Assembly (NCBI GenBank): GCA_019057815.1
Contig: JAHLWR010000008.1
Location: 1 to 64,000, forward strand
Direction of reading: 5' to 3'
Length of the DNA stretch: 64,000 bases
Origin: Candidatus Heimdallarchaeota archaeon
Lineage (GTDB): Archaea; Asgardarchaeota; Heimdallarchaeia; Heimdallarchaeales; Heimdallarchaeaceae
Each line of letters starts with the position of its first letter. Position 1 is the stretch's first letter. Below, one piece after another: positions 40,178-50,930 of this stretch. The notes beneath the pieces were generated by a model that saw nothing but the letters and a program-made list of their open reading frames with translations, did no database searches and was not told where the DNA came from. The position numbers and the translations under genes are program-made.

Positions 40178-42196
40178 ATGGCTAATTTTAAGAATATTAT
40201 AACGAAAAATTATTCAGAACTCACCCTTTTCAGCATCATTTTTCTGTTTTTTTTGCAAATGCTTTCTGATTTAGCAGAGAGGATTTACAATTTTGCTTTA
40301 CTAGGGTTGGAACCTACAATGCACATTCTCGCTTTGTTATTCTTCTTTTCTCCTCTAATTTTATTATTCTTCAGGCGAACGATATCAAATAAGACTTTAT
40401 TCATAATAGGAGAATTAGCAATTATAACTCGATTACTAGAACCACTTTTCCAAAAAGAGACGATGCTTATTCTATCAGGAGTTTCTGTCAGTTGTTTCCT
40501 AATCTTCTTCCCAGCGTTTTTCACAAGGAACAAGAATAAAGAACAACAAACAGGAATAACTCTTGGATTATCGTTAGCAATAGCAGTAGCATTATCCATT
40601 CTTTTCAGAACTGTGAACTCTACACTAGATATCTCAATGTATGGATGGTTTCAGATAATAGGTTGGGTGCTTGGAATTATTGCTTCAATAATGTTAGTTG
40701 GAATGTTATTGAGAAAAGAGGAACCCAAAGAGAAAAGTACTGATAATCAAGGACAACCAGCAAGTTTCGGTCGAATTCTCGGTTTAACTTTTGGTTTAGT
40801 AAGTGTCTTCATAATCATATGGTTTGCTTTTGTTAGCCCTACAGTAATTTCTAGGTGGACTGAAGGAAACTATATTGCCATAACAATTGGAGTACTAGGG
40901 ATGTTATCTTTATTTATCATAGGGATGACAATTAAACCTGATCTAATGAACCATATTAAATCTTGGATGCTTTGGGTGTGGAATGGTCTTTTCACACTTT
41001 CTCTTACTTTAACAATAATGGTACATCAAATTATTCCCGAATATGGAATAAGATTCCCTGATATTCCTGATGCATATCCTATTGTTGCATTTGCTACAAC
41101 TTGGACTCAACATATTCCTTTAGTCTTGATGATTCTTCTTTCACCGATAATTTACATTGACTTTGTTCTATTATCCCGAGAAATGCTCAAAATAAAACCA
41201 AAGCCATCAAAAATAGGAGGAAGTTTTGCTTTAGGAGCAGGATTGTATATTGTTATAATGATCTTTATGCAATTATTACCTACAGTTTGGGGTTACTTTT
41301 ATGCAATTGGCTATGCTTTCAGAGATTTATACTGGTTAGCCTTTCTAGTCCCTGGAGTATTATTGACCTTACCTATTTTTCTAATCAAAAAGAAGACAAT
41401 CAATTTTGATAAAACCACTCAAAAAATGAAATCGAAATCGATTATTTTTGCAATATTAGGACTCATATTTGTTGGGACAGTTGCTGGAGCGATCATTACA
41501 ACGCCATATCCAACCACACCCTCTGAAGCGAAAACATCCCTGATAATAATGACCTTCAATATTCGTCAAGGTGTCAACGATTCTGGTGATAAAAACTATG
41601 ATGGACAGCTGGAACTAATAAGAAGTGTTAATCCTGATATTCTTGCTCTGCAAGAATGCGATCCGACTAGAATATCAGGTGGAAATTCCGATGTTGTCAG
41701 ATATTTTGCAGATAAACTGAATATGTACTCTTACCGTGGACCAAAATCAGTTGTAAACACTTATGGCACGGCAATTTTATCTAAATATCCCTTGTCGAAT
41801 GTTGCTGCTTTCTTCATGTATAGTGGACACCAACAGATAGGTGCAACACAAGTTCAAATAGAAATTAACTCAACGCTAACATACAATGTCTTCTCGCACC
41901 ACCCAGCTGCACATACTGATGATATACGAACATATCAGATTCAAGAAATGCTGAGCCGAGTAAATGGTCTAGATAATGTAATATTCATGGGAGACTTCAA
42001 TTTTAGACCTTACACAGCACAATATAATTTAACTGTTAATGTTTTAGAGGATTCTTGGGCACAACGATGGGATACAGCTGCAGATGACAGGATAGATCAC
42101 ATATTCCTAAGTTTTGGAATGACAGTTCTTAACGCACAATACATAGAAAGAGGACAGTCTGATCATCCAGCATATTGGATAGAAATTCAAATATAG
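40178..42196 (+). CDS. Polytopic membrane protein with C-terminal endonuclease/exonuclease/phosphatase domain (CWH43/PGAP2IP-like architecture)
   Basis: About 13 TM helices, then MTFNI, ILALQE, MGDFN, RIDHIF, SDHPA. Confidence 0.85.
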   Translation: MANFKNIITKNYSELTLFSIIFLFFLQMLSDLAERIYNFALLGLEPTMHILALLFFFSPLILLFFRRTISNKTLFIIGELAIITRLLEPLFQKETMLILSGVSVSCFLIFFPAFFTRNKNKEQQTGITLGLSLAIAVALSILFRTVNSTLDISMYGWFQIIGWVLGIIASIMLVGMLLRKEEPKEKSTDNQGQPASFGRILGLTFGLVSVFIIIWFAFVSPTVISRWTEGNYIAITIGVLGMLSLFIIGMTIKPDLMNHIKSWMLWVWNGLFTLSLTLTIMVHQIIPEYGIRFPDIPDAYPIVAFATTWTQHIPLVLMILLSPIIYIDFVLLSREMLKIKPKPSKIGGSFALGAGLYIVIMIFMQLLPTVWGYFYAIGYAFRDLYWLAFLVPGVLLTLPIFLIKKKTINFDKTTQKMKSKSIIFAILGLIFVGTVAGAIITTPYPTTPSEAKTSLIIMTFNIRQGVNDSGDKNYDGQLELIRSVNPDILALQECDPTRISGGNSDVVRYFADKLNMYSYRGPKSVVNTYGTAILSKYPLSNVAAFFMYSGHQQIGATQVQIEINSTLTYNVFSHHPAAHTDDIRTYQIQEMLSRVNGLDNVIFMGDFNFRPYTAQYNLTVNVLEDSWAQRWDTAADDRIDHIFLSFGMTVLNAQYIERGQSDHPAYWIEIQI

Positions 42197-42286
42197 AATT
42201 TTCTTTTCTTTTCTTTTCTTTTCTTTTTAATCACAATTTGTGCACTAAATATATAAATTCCCTTTGTTTTATCTGCTTGCCTAGAT

Positions 42287-43714
42287 GTGTTACTTATGGA
42301 AAATGAATATATTTACGACCTTCTACACAATGCTGTAAAAGAAGGGGAAAATAAAGGTGCAGATTTTATTGAAGCAAGATTTGATGATTTACAATTAACA
42401 ACTATTGACATGACGAATGATATTCTCAAAAGGTCTTCTTCAATACACAGAAAGGGTATCGGTGTGATGGCTTACTATCAAGGAACTCCTGGATACTCCT
42501 TTACTCCTGAATTGAATACTGAAGCAGTGAAAGAAGCTACTTTTAATGCTGTAGGATTAGCAAAATCTACGGATTCAAGAAATAAAATGAAACTAGGTTT
42601 TGAGAGAACTAAAGGAATTAAAGATAAAGTCAAACCTTTGATTAAAAAACATCCTAAAGATTTTGAATTTAATGATAAATTAGAATTGATAAAAAGAGGA
42701 ATTGCAGCAATAAAGGAAAATGCTGATATATCTAGTACTACAGGTTTATATGGTGAATTATACGGAGAAAAGTTCTTTGTTAACTCTGATGACTCAGAAA
42801 TTTATTGGGTTACAGTAATGGTTGATATGAGAATGATTGCTGTAATTATGAGGGAAGGACAACAAGCCACGTCCGTAGAGGGATTTGGTGCATCGAAAGG
42901 TTTAGAATTCTTCGAAGAGAAAGAAACAACTCCTGAAAAAGTTGGTAGTAACTCAGGAAAGTACTGTAAAGAACAACTAGACGCAGTAGCATCTCCGACA
43001 GGAAAAACCAAAACACTAGTATCTCCACAAATGGGCGGTGTTGTTGTTCATGAATCATTTGGTCACTTAAGTGAAGCAGACTTTGTGATAACAGGACAAT
43101 CACCCATAGCTGATAGATTAGGAGGGGAATTAGGAAGCGAACATGTAACAATAATAGATGAGGGAATCTCCCCTTATGGAGGGTTATATCTCCCATATGA
43201 TGATCAAGGAGTGAAAACTGGAAGAACTGTTCTAGTGGAAAAGGGTATATTGAGAGGATATCTTCATGATAGAGGAACTGCTCAAAAAATGAATGCCGAA
43301 ACAACAGGTAATGCAAGAGCAATTAACTACATGTTTAACCCTATTTGCAGAATGAAGAATACCTACTTTGAGAAAGGAGATTTAACTCATGAAGAGGCTG
43401 TTGAACAGGTAAAGAATGGAGTTTATGCTGTAGATATGTCAGGAGGACAAGTAGAATTAGATGGTAATTTCATGTTTAACTGTAGCAGAGGATATCTCAT
43501 AGAAAATGGAGAAATAACAAAACCAATTAAAAATACTGCACTTTCAGGAAATATTCTAGATTTGCTGAAACATATCCAAGGAGCAACAAAAGAAATTACA
43601 CTGAAAACAGGTTATTTCGGTGGTTGTGGCAAGGGAAGCCAACATCCCTTACCTGTTGGATTTGGTGGTCCGGAAGTTATAATGGATCAAGTTTTAATTG
43701 GAGGTGCCAAATAA
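42287..43714 (+). CDS. tldD: TldD-family metalloprotease
   Basis: HESFGHLSEAD (HExxxH), PYDDQG, TGNARA, RMKNTY, GCGK. Confidence 0.92.
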   Translation: MLLMENEYIYDLLHNAVKEGENKGADFIEARFDDLQLTTIDMTNDILKRSSSIHRKGIGVMAYYQGTPGYSFTPELNTEAVKEATFNAVGLAKSTDSRNKMKLGFERTKGIKDKVKPLIKKHPKDFEFNDKLELIKRGIAAIKENADISSTTGLYGELYGEKFFVNSDDSEIYWVTVMVDMRMIAVIMREGQQATSVEGFGASKGLEFFEEKETTPEKVGSNSGKYCKEQLDAVASPTGKTKTLVSPQMGGVVVHESFGHLSEADFVITGQSPIADRLGGELGSEHVTIIDEGISPYGGLYLPYDDQGVKTGRTVLVEKGILRGYLHDRGTAQKMNAETTGNARAINYMFNPICRMKNTYFEKGDLTHEEAVEQVKNGVYAVDMSGGQVELDGNFMFNCSRGYLIENGEITKPIKNTALSGNILDLLKHIQGATKEITLKTGYFGGCGKGSQHPLPVGFGGPEVIMDQVLIGGAK

Positions 43715-45084
43715 TGGAATTTGAAGATTTAAAGGCTAAAGTGCTTGAAGTAGCTGATTCAGCCATTAAATATGCAAAAGACTCAGGTGTTCCAAGTGCT
43801 GAAGCGTTCGTTTTTAATCAAAAAATCAATAATGTTTCAGACAATAATGGTAAAATTGATAGCAGACTTGGCATGGTTCAAGGCTTAGGTATTCGTGTTG
43901 CAGTTGGTAAACAAGTAGGTTTTGCAAGTTGTACGGGTTTTGAATTGAAGTCAATTAAACAAGTAATCAATCAAGCTCATAGAGTTGCAAAAGTAAGTCC
44001 TGCAAATCCCATGTTTAATGGTTTTGTTGCAGATACAAAAACTGCTAAAGAAGGCCTTTTAGATCCTGAAATATTGAATCTTAATCCTGAAGAGCTAACA
44101 AACTACCTAGATACGATTAATCAAGAAATCAATAGAGATGATCAAAGAATCATTTCAACTTCCATAGGTGTAAGAATCAGTTGGGGAGGTTACGCAGTTG
44201 GAACAACAGAAGGATGTTTATCATCTTCGCTTACGACAGCGTTCGTTGCTTTCTGCAGTAGTGTAGTTGCTGAAGCAGGAGATCGAAAAACAGGTGATGA
44301 TTTTGTCTTTGGAAGAAAAATTAAAGATTTGGATGGAATTGGTGCAAATGCTGTTAAAAAAGCAATAGACGGATTAGGAGCAAAGAAATTTGAAGGATCT
44401 GAAATTCTTCCTTCTATCTGGGAAACTCGTCCTGTATCAAGTTTCCTAGATGTAGCTTTAGGTTTTCTGTTTTCCGGTTCAAGTTATGTAGAGAAAAGCA
44501 ATCCTTGGGGAGAAAAATTAAACCAACAAGTAGCTATTGAGGATTTTAATGCTATTGATGATGGTCAGAATCCAGAATATGTTCGAACTGCATCAATCGA
44601 TGCAGAAGGAACTCCTAAAGGAAAAACTGTCACAATTAAGAAAGGTATTCTAAAATCATTTCTATTCGACAGAATGTATGGTAATGCTGCAGATAAAGCT
44701 ACTACAGGAAATGCTAACAGAGGATTAGGTGGACCAGCTTTTGAGAGTGTCCCAGTTATTGTACCCAATTCTATTATTATCAAGAATATTGGTAAAAACG
44801 TAGATGAGCAAATAGCTGAAATAGATAAAGGGATTTTAATAAGAAGTGAACCTATAGGTCTATTTACAGCAAATCTAGCAACAGGTGATTTTAGCGTGAC
44901 TTGTAACCATGGTTTTCTAATTGAAAGAGGTGAAATAGTCTATCCCTTGAAATCATTTGGTTTAGCAGGAAACTATTTCAAAACATTCAATGACATTCAA
45001 CAGATAGGTTCTGACAGAGAAATGACAGGTGGTACATTTCAATCACCATCTATGACTTTTAAGAATCATACAATTTCAGGATGA
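43714..45084 (+). CDS. pmbA: PmbA/TldE-family protein
   Basis: TAATG stop/start overlap with tldD; DAEG, TTGNA, TGDFS motifs; no HExxxH. Confidence 0.85.
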   Translation: MEFEDLKAKVLEVADSAIKYAKDSGVPSAEAFVFNQKINNVSDNNGKIDSRLGMVQGLGIRVAVGKQVGFASCTGFELKSIKQVINQAHRVAKVSPANPMFNGFVADTKTAKEGLLDPEILNLNPEELTNYLDTINQEINRDDQRIISTSIGVRISWGGYAVGTTEGCLSSSLTTAFVAFCSSVVAEAGDRKTGDDFVFGRKIKDLDGIGANAVKKAIDGLGAKKFEGSEILPSIWETRPVSSFLDVALGFLFSGSSYVEKSNPWGEKLNQQVAIEDFNAIDDGQNPEYVRTASIDAEGTPKGKTVTIKKGILKSFLFDRMYGNAADKATTGNANRGLGGPAFESVPVIVPNSIIIKNIGKNVDEQIAEIDKGILIRSEPIGLFTANLATGDFSVTCNHGFLIERGEIVYPLKSFGLAGNYFKTFNDIQQIGSDREMTGGTFQSPSMTFKNHTISG

Positions 45085-45369
45085 AACTCTTTTCTTCCTT
45101 TTTTTATTCTCCTCTTTAATTAACGCCATTTTAGAGAGATCATAGGTATGAATAATCATCCAAATCCATAATCGAATACTTATTGTTATTAGTCATTGTA
45201 TATTCTTATCTGTTTCTACTTATTTTTATTTATGAATAATTCTACTTATAGATTTCTCTAGCTAATTTCACCCCAAGAATTATATGTGATGAAATTTTAA
45301 ATCGTGAATAACTATTCATTGAGCGTAAATGGTTATTAGTGAAAAATTCAGATTCAGATTGTGCTATAA

Positions 45370-45801
45370 ATGATTACAAAGAAAAAAGTAATGAGAATTT
45401 TTGTCAAATCTGTTTGGGTTTTTAATTGGTTTAACTCATGTGGATTTACTGAGCTTGTTCCAGTTGTAGGTTCTAGATGGGATATGGAGCGTTTTGGAAT
45501 GATTGCAGTTAATTCACCAAGAAAAGCTGATGCCTTATTCATAGCAGGATATCAAACACCTAAATCAATTAAACGAGCACAACAGATACATGAACAAATG
45601 TCTAGTCCTAAATTTGTTTTTGCTTTAGGATCGTGTACTATGACAGGAGGAATGTATTGGGATTCTTACAATACCATCAAACGTTTGGAAGATTATCTCC
45701 CTGTATTTATGTACATTCCTGGTTGCCCCCCAAGACCTGAGGCTATTTATGATGCGGTCCTTAAAGTATTTGAACATGTAGAGGAACTCCCGGATAAGTG
45801 A
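45370..45801 (+). CDS. NuoB/MbxJ-like Fe-S subunit
   Basis: RWDMERFG, SPRKAD, GSCTMTGG, YIPGCPPRPEA. Confidence 0.9.
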   Translation: MITKKKVMRIFVKSVWVFNWFNSCGFTELVPVVGSRWDMERFGMIAVNSPRKADALFIAGYQTPKSIKRAQQIHEQMSSPKFVFALGSCTMTGGMYWDSYNTIKRLEDYLPVFMYIPGCPPRPEAIYDAVLKVFEHVEELPDK

Positions 45802-46346
45802 TAGAAATGAGTACAACAGAACAAAAAAACAAGAAAACCTCCAATGAAGAAAGATTAATAGAAAAATTAAGTTCAAAATTAAATATTCCTGTTAATCTTC
45901 AAAAGGAACGAAGATTTTGGGCTATTATTGATCATTCTAAAATTGTTGAAACTTGTTTAACAGCTTACGAGATGGGTTTTGAGCATTTATCAACCATTTC
46001 TGTAACTGATTGGTTAGAAGAAGGTAAATTTGAGCTAGCTTATCATTTGTGGTCATATGAACACAAAGTTTTACTTACATTAAAAACAAAAATAGATAGA
46101 AAAAAACCTAAAGTTTCGTCGATTAACTCTATCTGGGGAACAAATGCTGAAACATGTGAACGTGAGTGCCATGAGATGTTTGGTGTGATTTTTGATGGTA
46201 ATCCAAATCTTACTCCTCTATTTTTAGAGGATTGGCAAGGTCCACCACCCTTTTTGAAAGATTTCAATTGGAGAGAATATGTTAGAAAAGAAACTTATGA
46301 CCAAAAGAATCCTCGAGAAGAGACTTATTTTGAGGTGAAAAAATGA
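45798..46346 (+). CDS. NuoC/MbxK-like subunit
   Basis: ERECHEMFGVIFDGNP motif. Confidence 0.9.
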   Translation: MIEMSTTEQKNKKTSNEERLIEKLSSKLNIPVNLQKERRFWAIIDHSKIVETCLTAYEMGFEHLSTISVTDWLEEGKFELAYHLWSYEHKVLLTLKTKIDRKKPKVSSINSIWGTNAETCERECHEMFGVIFDGNPNLTPLFLEDWQGPPPFLKDFNWREYVRKETYDQKNPREETYFEVKK

Positions 46347-47461
46347 CAAGTACACAAAAAAAGGATGAAATTGGTGATTTTTCCATGAATTTTGGTCCTG
46401 CACATCCAGGATCAGGTAATTTTGGAGTAAAAGTTCAAATGCAAGGAGAACGAGTACTTAAAGCTACTGCGGATCCAGGATATTTACATCGAGGTTTCGA
46501 AAAACTGATGGAATATCGAGAACCTATGCAAAATGCTGTACTATCCGATAGGGTTTGTGTATTGGAACCTCTACAATGGAACCTAGTACATGCAGAAGCT
46601 GTTGACTATTTAATGAATTATGATGTTCCGGAAAGAGCAAAATACATTAGAGTTATTTTAGCTGAATTATCAAGAATACAATCTCATTTCATTTGGTATG
46701 CTGTCATGTCTTTAGGAACAGGATTTATGACAGGATTTAATGTTTCTATGGGGTATCGAGATTATATATTAGATGTCTTTAATCTCATTACAGGTGGAAG
46801 AGTGTATCCTGCGGGTTATATCTGCCCAGGAGGAGTTCGAAAAGATTTACCTGAAAAAGCTGAAAATAAAATACTAAAACTACTCCCAAAAATCGATTAT
46901 ATGCGTAAATTTATCTTAAAAGAGAATCCGGCTTGGTTAGCACGATTTAAAGATGTTGGTGTCTTATCAAAAGAAGAAGCTATCAAATTCGGAGCTACTG
47001 GTCCAGTTCTACGAGGAAGTGGAGTAGGTGCAGATGTTAGACGTGATGACCCATATGAAGTTTATGATGAACTAGAGTTTGATATTCCAGTACGTGATGA
47101 AGGAGATGGATATGCCCGATACTGTGTTGGGATACAAGAAATAGAAGAAAGCATGAAAATCATAACTCAAGCAATAGATCGATTACCAAAAGGTGAAGTT
47201 AGAACACCCAACCTTAAACCTATTGTACAATTCCGCAAAGCTAAAGGTGAAATATATATACGAAATGAACTCTCTCGGGGAGAAGGTGCTTTTTATATGG
47301 TTGCAAATGGGGAAAAGACTCCTTATAGAGTAAAAATACGTGGTCCATCTTTCAGTCATATGATTCCAATTTTGGAATATTTGCTTACTGGTGTGGATTA
47401 CGCTGATGTTCCTGCAATTTATTGGAGCTTATACCAGTGCCCTGCAGATGTTGATAGGTGA
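46343..47461 (+). CDS. NuoD/MbxL-like catalytic subunit lacking full [NiFe] ligands
   Basis: FGPAHP, GYLHRGFEK, DRVCVLE, GPVLRGSG, C-terminal CPADVDR. Confidence 0.9.
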   Translation: MTSTQKKDEIGDFSMNFGPAHPGSGNFGVKVQMQGERVLKATADPGYLHRGFEKLMEYREPMQNAVLSDRVCVLEPLQWNLVHAEAVDYLMNYDVPERAKYIRVILAELSRIQSHFIWYAVMSLGTGFMTGFNVSMGYRDYILDVFNLITGGRVYPAGYICPGGVRKDLPEKAENKILKLLPKIDYMRKFILKENPAWLARFKDVGVLSKEEAIKFGATGPVLRGSGVGADVRRDDPYEVYDELEFDIPVRDEGDGYARYCVGIQEIEESMKIITQAIDRLPKGEVRTPNLKPIVQFRKAKGEIYIRNELSRGEGAFYMVANGEKTPYRVKIRGPSFSHMIPILEYLLTGVDYADVPAIYWSLYQCPADVDR

Positions 47462-47462
47462 G

Positions 47463-47852
47463 ATGATGAAAATGAAATTAGGTATAATATCAGAAGTGTT
47501 CAAAAATCTCTTTAAAAGACCGATGACAGTACTCTTTCCAGAAGAAAGAATTGAGATTCCAGAAAGGAATAGAGGAGAGCATAAGTTTGATATAGACACT
47601 TGTATATCCTGTGGATCCTGTGCTAAAATCTGTCCAAACAAAGCAATAAAAATGGTTGAAGCTCCCCCAGAATTTAAGGAGAAATATCCCAAAACCTATC
47701 CACAAGTGGATCTCGGAAAATGTTGCTTTTGTGCATTGTGTGAAGATATTTGTCCAAAAGGTTCTCTAACATTAACAACATACGTTTTCCTAGCAACTTT
47801 TGATAAAGATACTACAATGAGAAACCCAATTAACGTTGAACAAATAGACTAA
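47463..47852 (+). CDS. NuoI/MbxN-like 2x[4Fe-4S] ferredoxin subunit
   Basis: CISCGSCAKICP and CCFCALCEDICP. Confidence 0.9.
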   Translation: MMKMKLGIISEVFKNLFKRPMTVLFPEERIEIPERNRGEHKFDIDTCISCGSCAKICPNKAIKMVEAPPEFKEKYPKTYPQVDLGKCCFCALCEDICPKGSLTLTTYVFLATFDKDTTMRNPINVEQID

Positions 47853-47979
47853 CCTTTATTTTTTTTTGCATGAAAACTTACCACCGAAAGTAAATGGATA
47901 GATGATAGAAATATTAGAAAAATTAAATTGGAGTGAAATTAAGAGAAATCAAGACTTAAGATAATACAACATAAAATTT

Positions 47980-49512
47980 ATGAGTTATTTAACATTGAAT
48001 TATCCTATGCGAAAGAAATATGAAGAATTGCTCCAATTATTTAAAGAATCTCTTATTGTTGAAGAAATTGCTATGTTATTATACTGGGATAAAGATGTTA
48101 CAATGCCCTCTGGTGGACTTAAACAGAGAGCAGAACAAATGGCTTTTATCGCAGAATTAGAACACATTAAAAAGATTAATCCTAGAAAAGGAGAGCTTCT
48201 TCAACAAATACTTGAACATCCTGATTACGAGAATCTTTCAGATTTAGAGAAACGTAATGTGTATCTCATTCAAAGAGAATATAACAAACTTGTTAAAGTA
48301 CCTTCTGATTTCGTTGGAGAATTCCAGAGACATTGTGTCTTAGCTACTGAAGCATGGGAGAAAGCTAAGGAAAAAGCTGATTTTACTATTTTTCTTCCCA
48401 AGCTTGAAAAGATGATTGAATATAACAAGAAATATGCTCAATTCCTTAATCCCGATGGTGACCCTTATGAAGTTCTCCTTGATTACTGCGAACCAGGAAT
48501 GACAATAGAAAAATGTGATCAGATATTTAATCCATTAAAGAAAGCATCAATTCCTTTAATCGAAAAATGTATATCTTCTACAACGAAACCTGATATGAGC
48601 ATTCTAAATCGTTCATGTCCTATAGATATTCAAAAGAAAGTTAACTATGATGTCTTAGAATTAATAGAATTTGATCTAGAAAGAGGGAGATTAGATGAAT
48701 ATGTTCATCCTTTTACAACTGGTACTTATGATGATGTTAGGTTAACAACTCTATATTCAGAAAAAGATATTCTTAGTGCGATTTTAAGTACAATACATGA
48801 AGGGGGACATGGGAGTTATGAGCAAAATGTGGGGAAAAACAGTCATTATCAACCCGTTGGAATGTATTGTAGTGAGGGGATGCATGAAGGAATTGCACGA
48901 TTCTATGAGAATTTTATTGGAAGAAGTCCTGAATTTTGGAAATCATATCTTAAGAGATTCAAGGAATTAACAGAAGATATATTTGCAGATGTTTCTTTAG
49001 ATGATCTTATTCTAGCAGTTAATAATGTTGAACGTTCAGCTGTAAGAACTGAAGCAGATGAACTAACTTATAACTTGCATATAATTCTGCGTTATGAACT
49101 AGAAAGAGACCTGTTAAATGGAAAAATTGAAGCAAAGGATTTACCTCAAATATGGAATAGGAAAATGAAAGAACTAATCGGTTATGATGTTAAAAACGAT
49201 GTTGAAGGAGTACTTCAAGATATCCATTGGTCAGGAGAGTTAATGGGATATTTCCCAAATTACACACTTGGAAACATCTTTGGAGCACAATTATACGCTA
49301 AATTTAAGAAAGATACACCAAACTGGCAAGAGGAATTAGAAAGAGGAAACCTGAAAATAATAATTGATTGGCTTAAAGAAAATGTGCTAGAAAAAGGGAA
49401 TCTATACGATCCTTTTGAATTGATTAAGGAAGTTACAGGAGAGGAGGTTTCTTCAGAGTATTTAATTGAGTATTATAAAGAGAAGTTCTCGAAAATCTAC
49501 AATCTGAATTAA
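47980..49512 (+). CDS. M32 carboxypeptidase (Taq/Pfu type)
   Basis: HPF, HEGGH, RTEADE, QDIHW, YFPNYTLGN. Confidence 0.93.
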   Translation: MSYLTLNYPMRKKYEELLQLFKESLIVEEIAMLLYWDKDVTMPSGGLKQRAEQMAFIAELEHIKKINPRKGELLQQILEHPDYENLSDLEKRNVYLIQREYNKLVKVPSDFVGEFQRHCVLATEAWEKAKEKADFTIFLPKLEKMIEYNKKYAQFLNPDGDPYEVLLDYCEPGMTIEKCDQIFNPLKKASIPLIEKCISSTTKPDMSILNRSCPIDIQKKVNYDVLELIEFDLERGRLDEYVHPFTTGTYDDVRLTTLYSEKDILSAILSTIHEGGHGSYEQNVGKNSHYQPVGMYCSEGMHEGIARFYENFIGRSPEFWKSYLKRFKELTEDIFADVSLDDLILAVNNVERSAVRTEADELTYNLHIILRYELERDLLNGKIEAKDLPQIWNRKMKELIGYDVKNDVEGVLQDIHWSGELMGYFPNYTLGNIFGAQLYAKFKKDTPNWQEELERGNLKIIIDWLKENVLEKGNLYDPFELIKEVTGEEVSSEYLIEYYKEKFSKIYNLN

Positions 49513-49594
49513 ATTAAACTATGACGATGTCTGTTTGAAAGATGCATCAGATTCTCATTCAACTTCTCCAACTTAACTATTTGAGACAAAAAAA

Positions 49595-50821
49595 TTGTTC
49601 TTAAGAACAAGTTATATACCCATATTCCTTCAAATATACATGATAAAACGAAGAATAATTGATAAAGTATACTGGTTAGGTGGAATTGATTGGGATAGGC
49701 GATTATTTGATTCTCTTATACCTCTTCCTGATGGAACTAGTTATAATTCATATCTGATTCAAGGTAGTGAAAAAACTGTTTTGATTGACACTGTAGATCC
49801 TAGCATGGTAGATACTCTCTTCTTTCAATTGAAAGGTGTTGAAAAAATAGATTATATTGTATCTCACCATACAGAACAAGATCATTCAGGGTCAATTCCA
49901 GCTGTTCTTAAGAAATATCCATCAGCTATAGTTCTCGCATCTAAAAAAGGAAAAGAAATGTTGATAGATCATTTATTAATTCCCCCTGAACAAATACAGA
50001 TTGTAGAAGACGGGGAGGAAATTTCTTTAGGTGATAAGACATTAAAATTCATCTATACTCCTTGGGTTCATTGGCCAGAAACAATGGTTTCCTACCTTGT
50101 AGAAGATAAAATTCTTTTTTCATGTGACTTTTTTGGGTCACACATTGCAACAACTGACCTCTACGTTAGAGATGAAGGATTGGTTTATGAAGCCGCTAAA
50201 AGATATTTTGCTGAAATTATGATGCCATTTAGCAATATTATCCGAAAAAACATTGAGAAAGTAAAAAAAGTGGACATTCAATTGATAGCTCCTAGTCATG
50301 GTCCCATGTATGATAAACCCTCATTTATTATAGATGCTTATGAAGATTGGATTTCAGATACTCCAAAAAATGTTGTCGTGATTCCTTATGTATCTATGCA
50401 CGGAAGCACAAGGGCTATGGTAGAATACTTAGTTGGCGCTCTAGCAAAAAAAGGTGTGACGGTCTATCAATTTGATTTAGCTGTTGTTGATATTGGTAAA
50501 CTTGCTATAACTCTAGTAGATGCGGCTACAGTGATTCTTGGCACTCCAACAGTTCACTCAGGTCCCCATCCCTTAGCAGTATATGCAACCTATCTACTAA
50601 ATGCTTTGAAACCAAAAATAAAACTTATTTCAGTTATTGGATCTTATGGATGGTTTACAAAGACTATTGATCAAGTTGTCAGCATGGTACCTAGATTAAA
50701 GGAAGTCGAGATTTTAGAACCTGTTTATGCCAAAGGTCATCCAAAAGAAGAAATATTCAAAGCATTAGACACAATGGCAGAAAAAATAGCAGAAAAGCAT
50801 AAAGAGTTAAATCTTCTTTAA
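49595..50821 (+). CDS. fprA: Flavodiiron protein (FprA family)
   Basis: GTSYNSY, HTEQDHSG, HWPE, SCDFFG, PSHG, flavodoxin SMHGST. Confidence 0.92.
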   Translation: MFLRTSYIPIFLQIYMIKRRIIDKVYWLGGIDWDRRLFDSLIPLPDGTSYNSYLIQGSEKTVLIDTVDPSMVDTLFFQLKGVEKIDYIVSHHTEQDHSGSIPAVLKKYPSAIVLASKKGKEMLIDHLLIPPEQIQIVEDGEEISLGDKTLKFIYTPWVHWPETMVSYLVEDKILFSCDFFGSHIATTDLYVRDEGLVYEAAKRYFAEIMMPFSNIIRKNIEKVKKVDIQLIAPSHGPMYDKPSFIIDAYEDWISDTPKNVVVIPYVSMHGSTRAMVEYLVGALAKKGVTVYQFDLAVVDIGKLAITLVDAATVILGTPTVHSGPHPLAVYATYLLNALKPKIKLISVIGSYGWFTKTIDQVVSMVPRLKEVEILEPVYAKGHPKEEIFKALDTMAEKIAEKHKELNLL

Positions 50822-50930
50822 TAACTCTTTTCATTTTTCTTTTTTAAAGTTAGGAAAAAATTACTTCTACTTTTGATTAAACTTTTTAAAGAAGAACAAG
50901 AATTTAATTTTGATTAAAGAAGGTTAAGTT

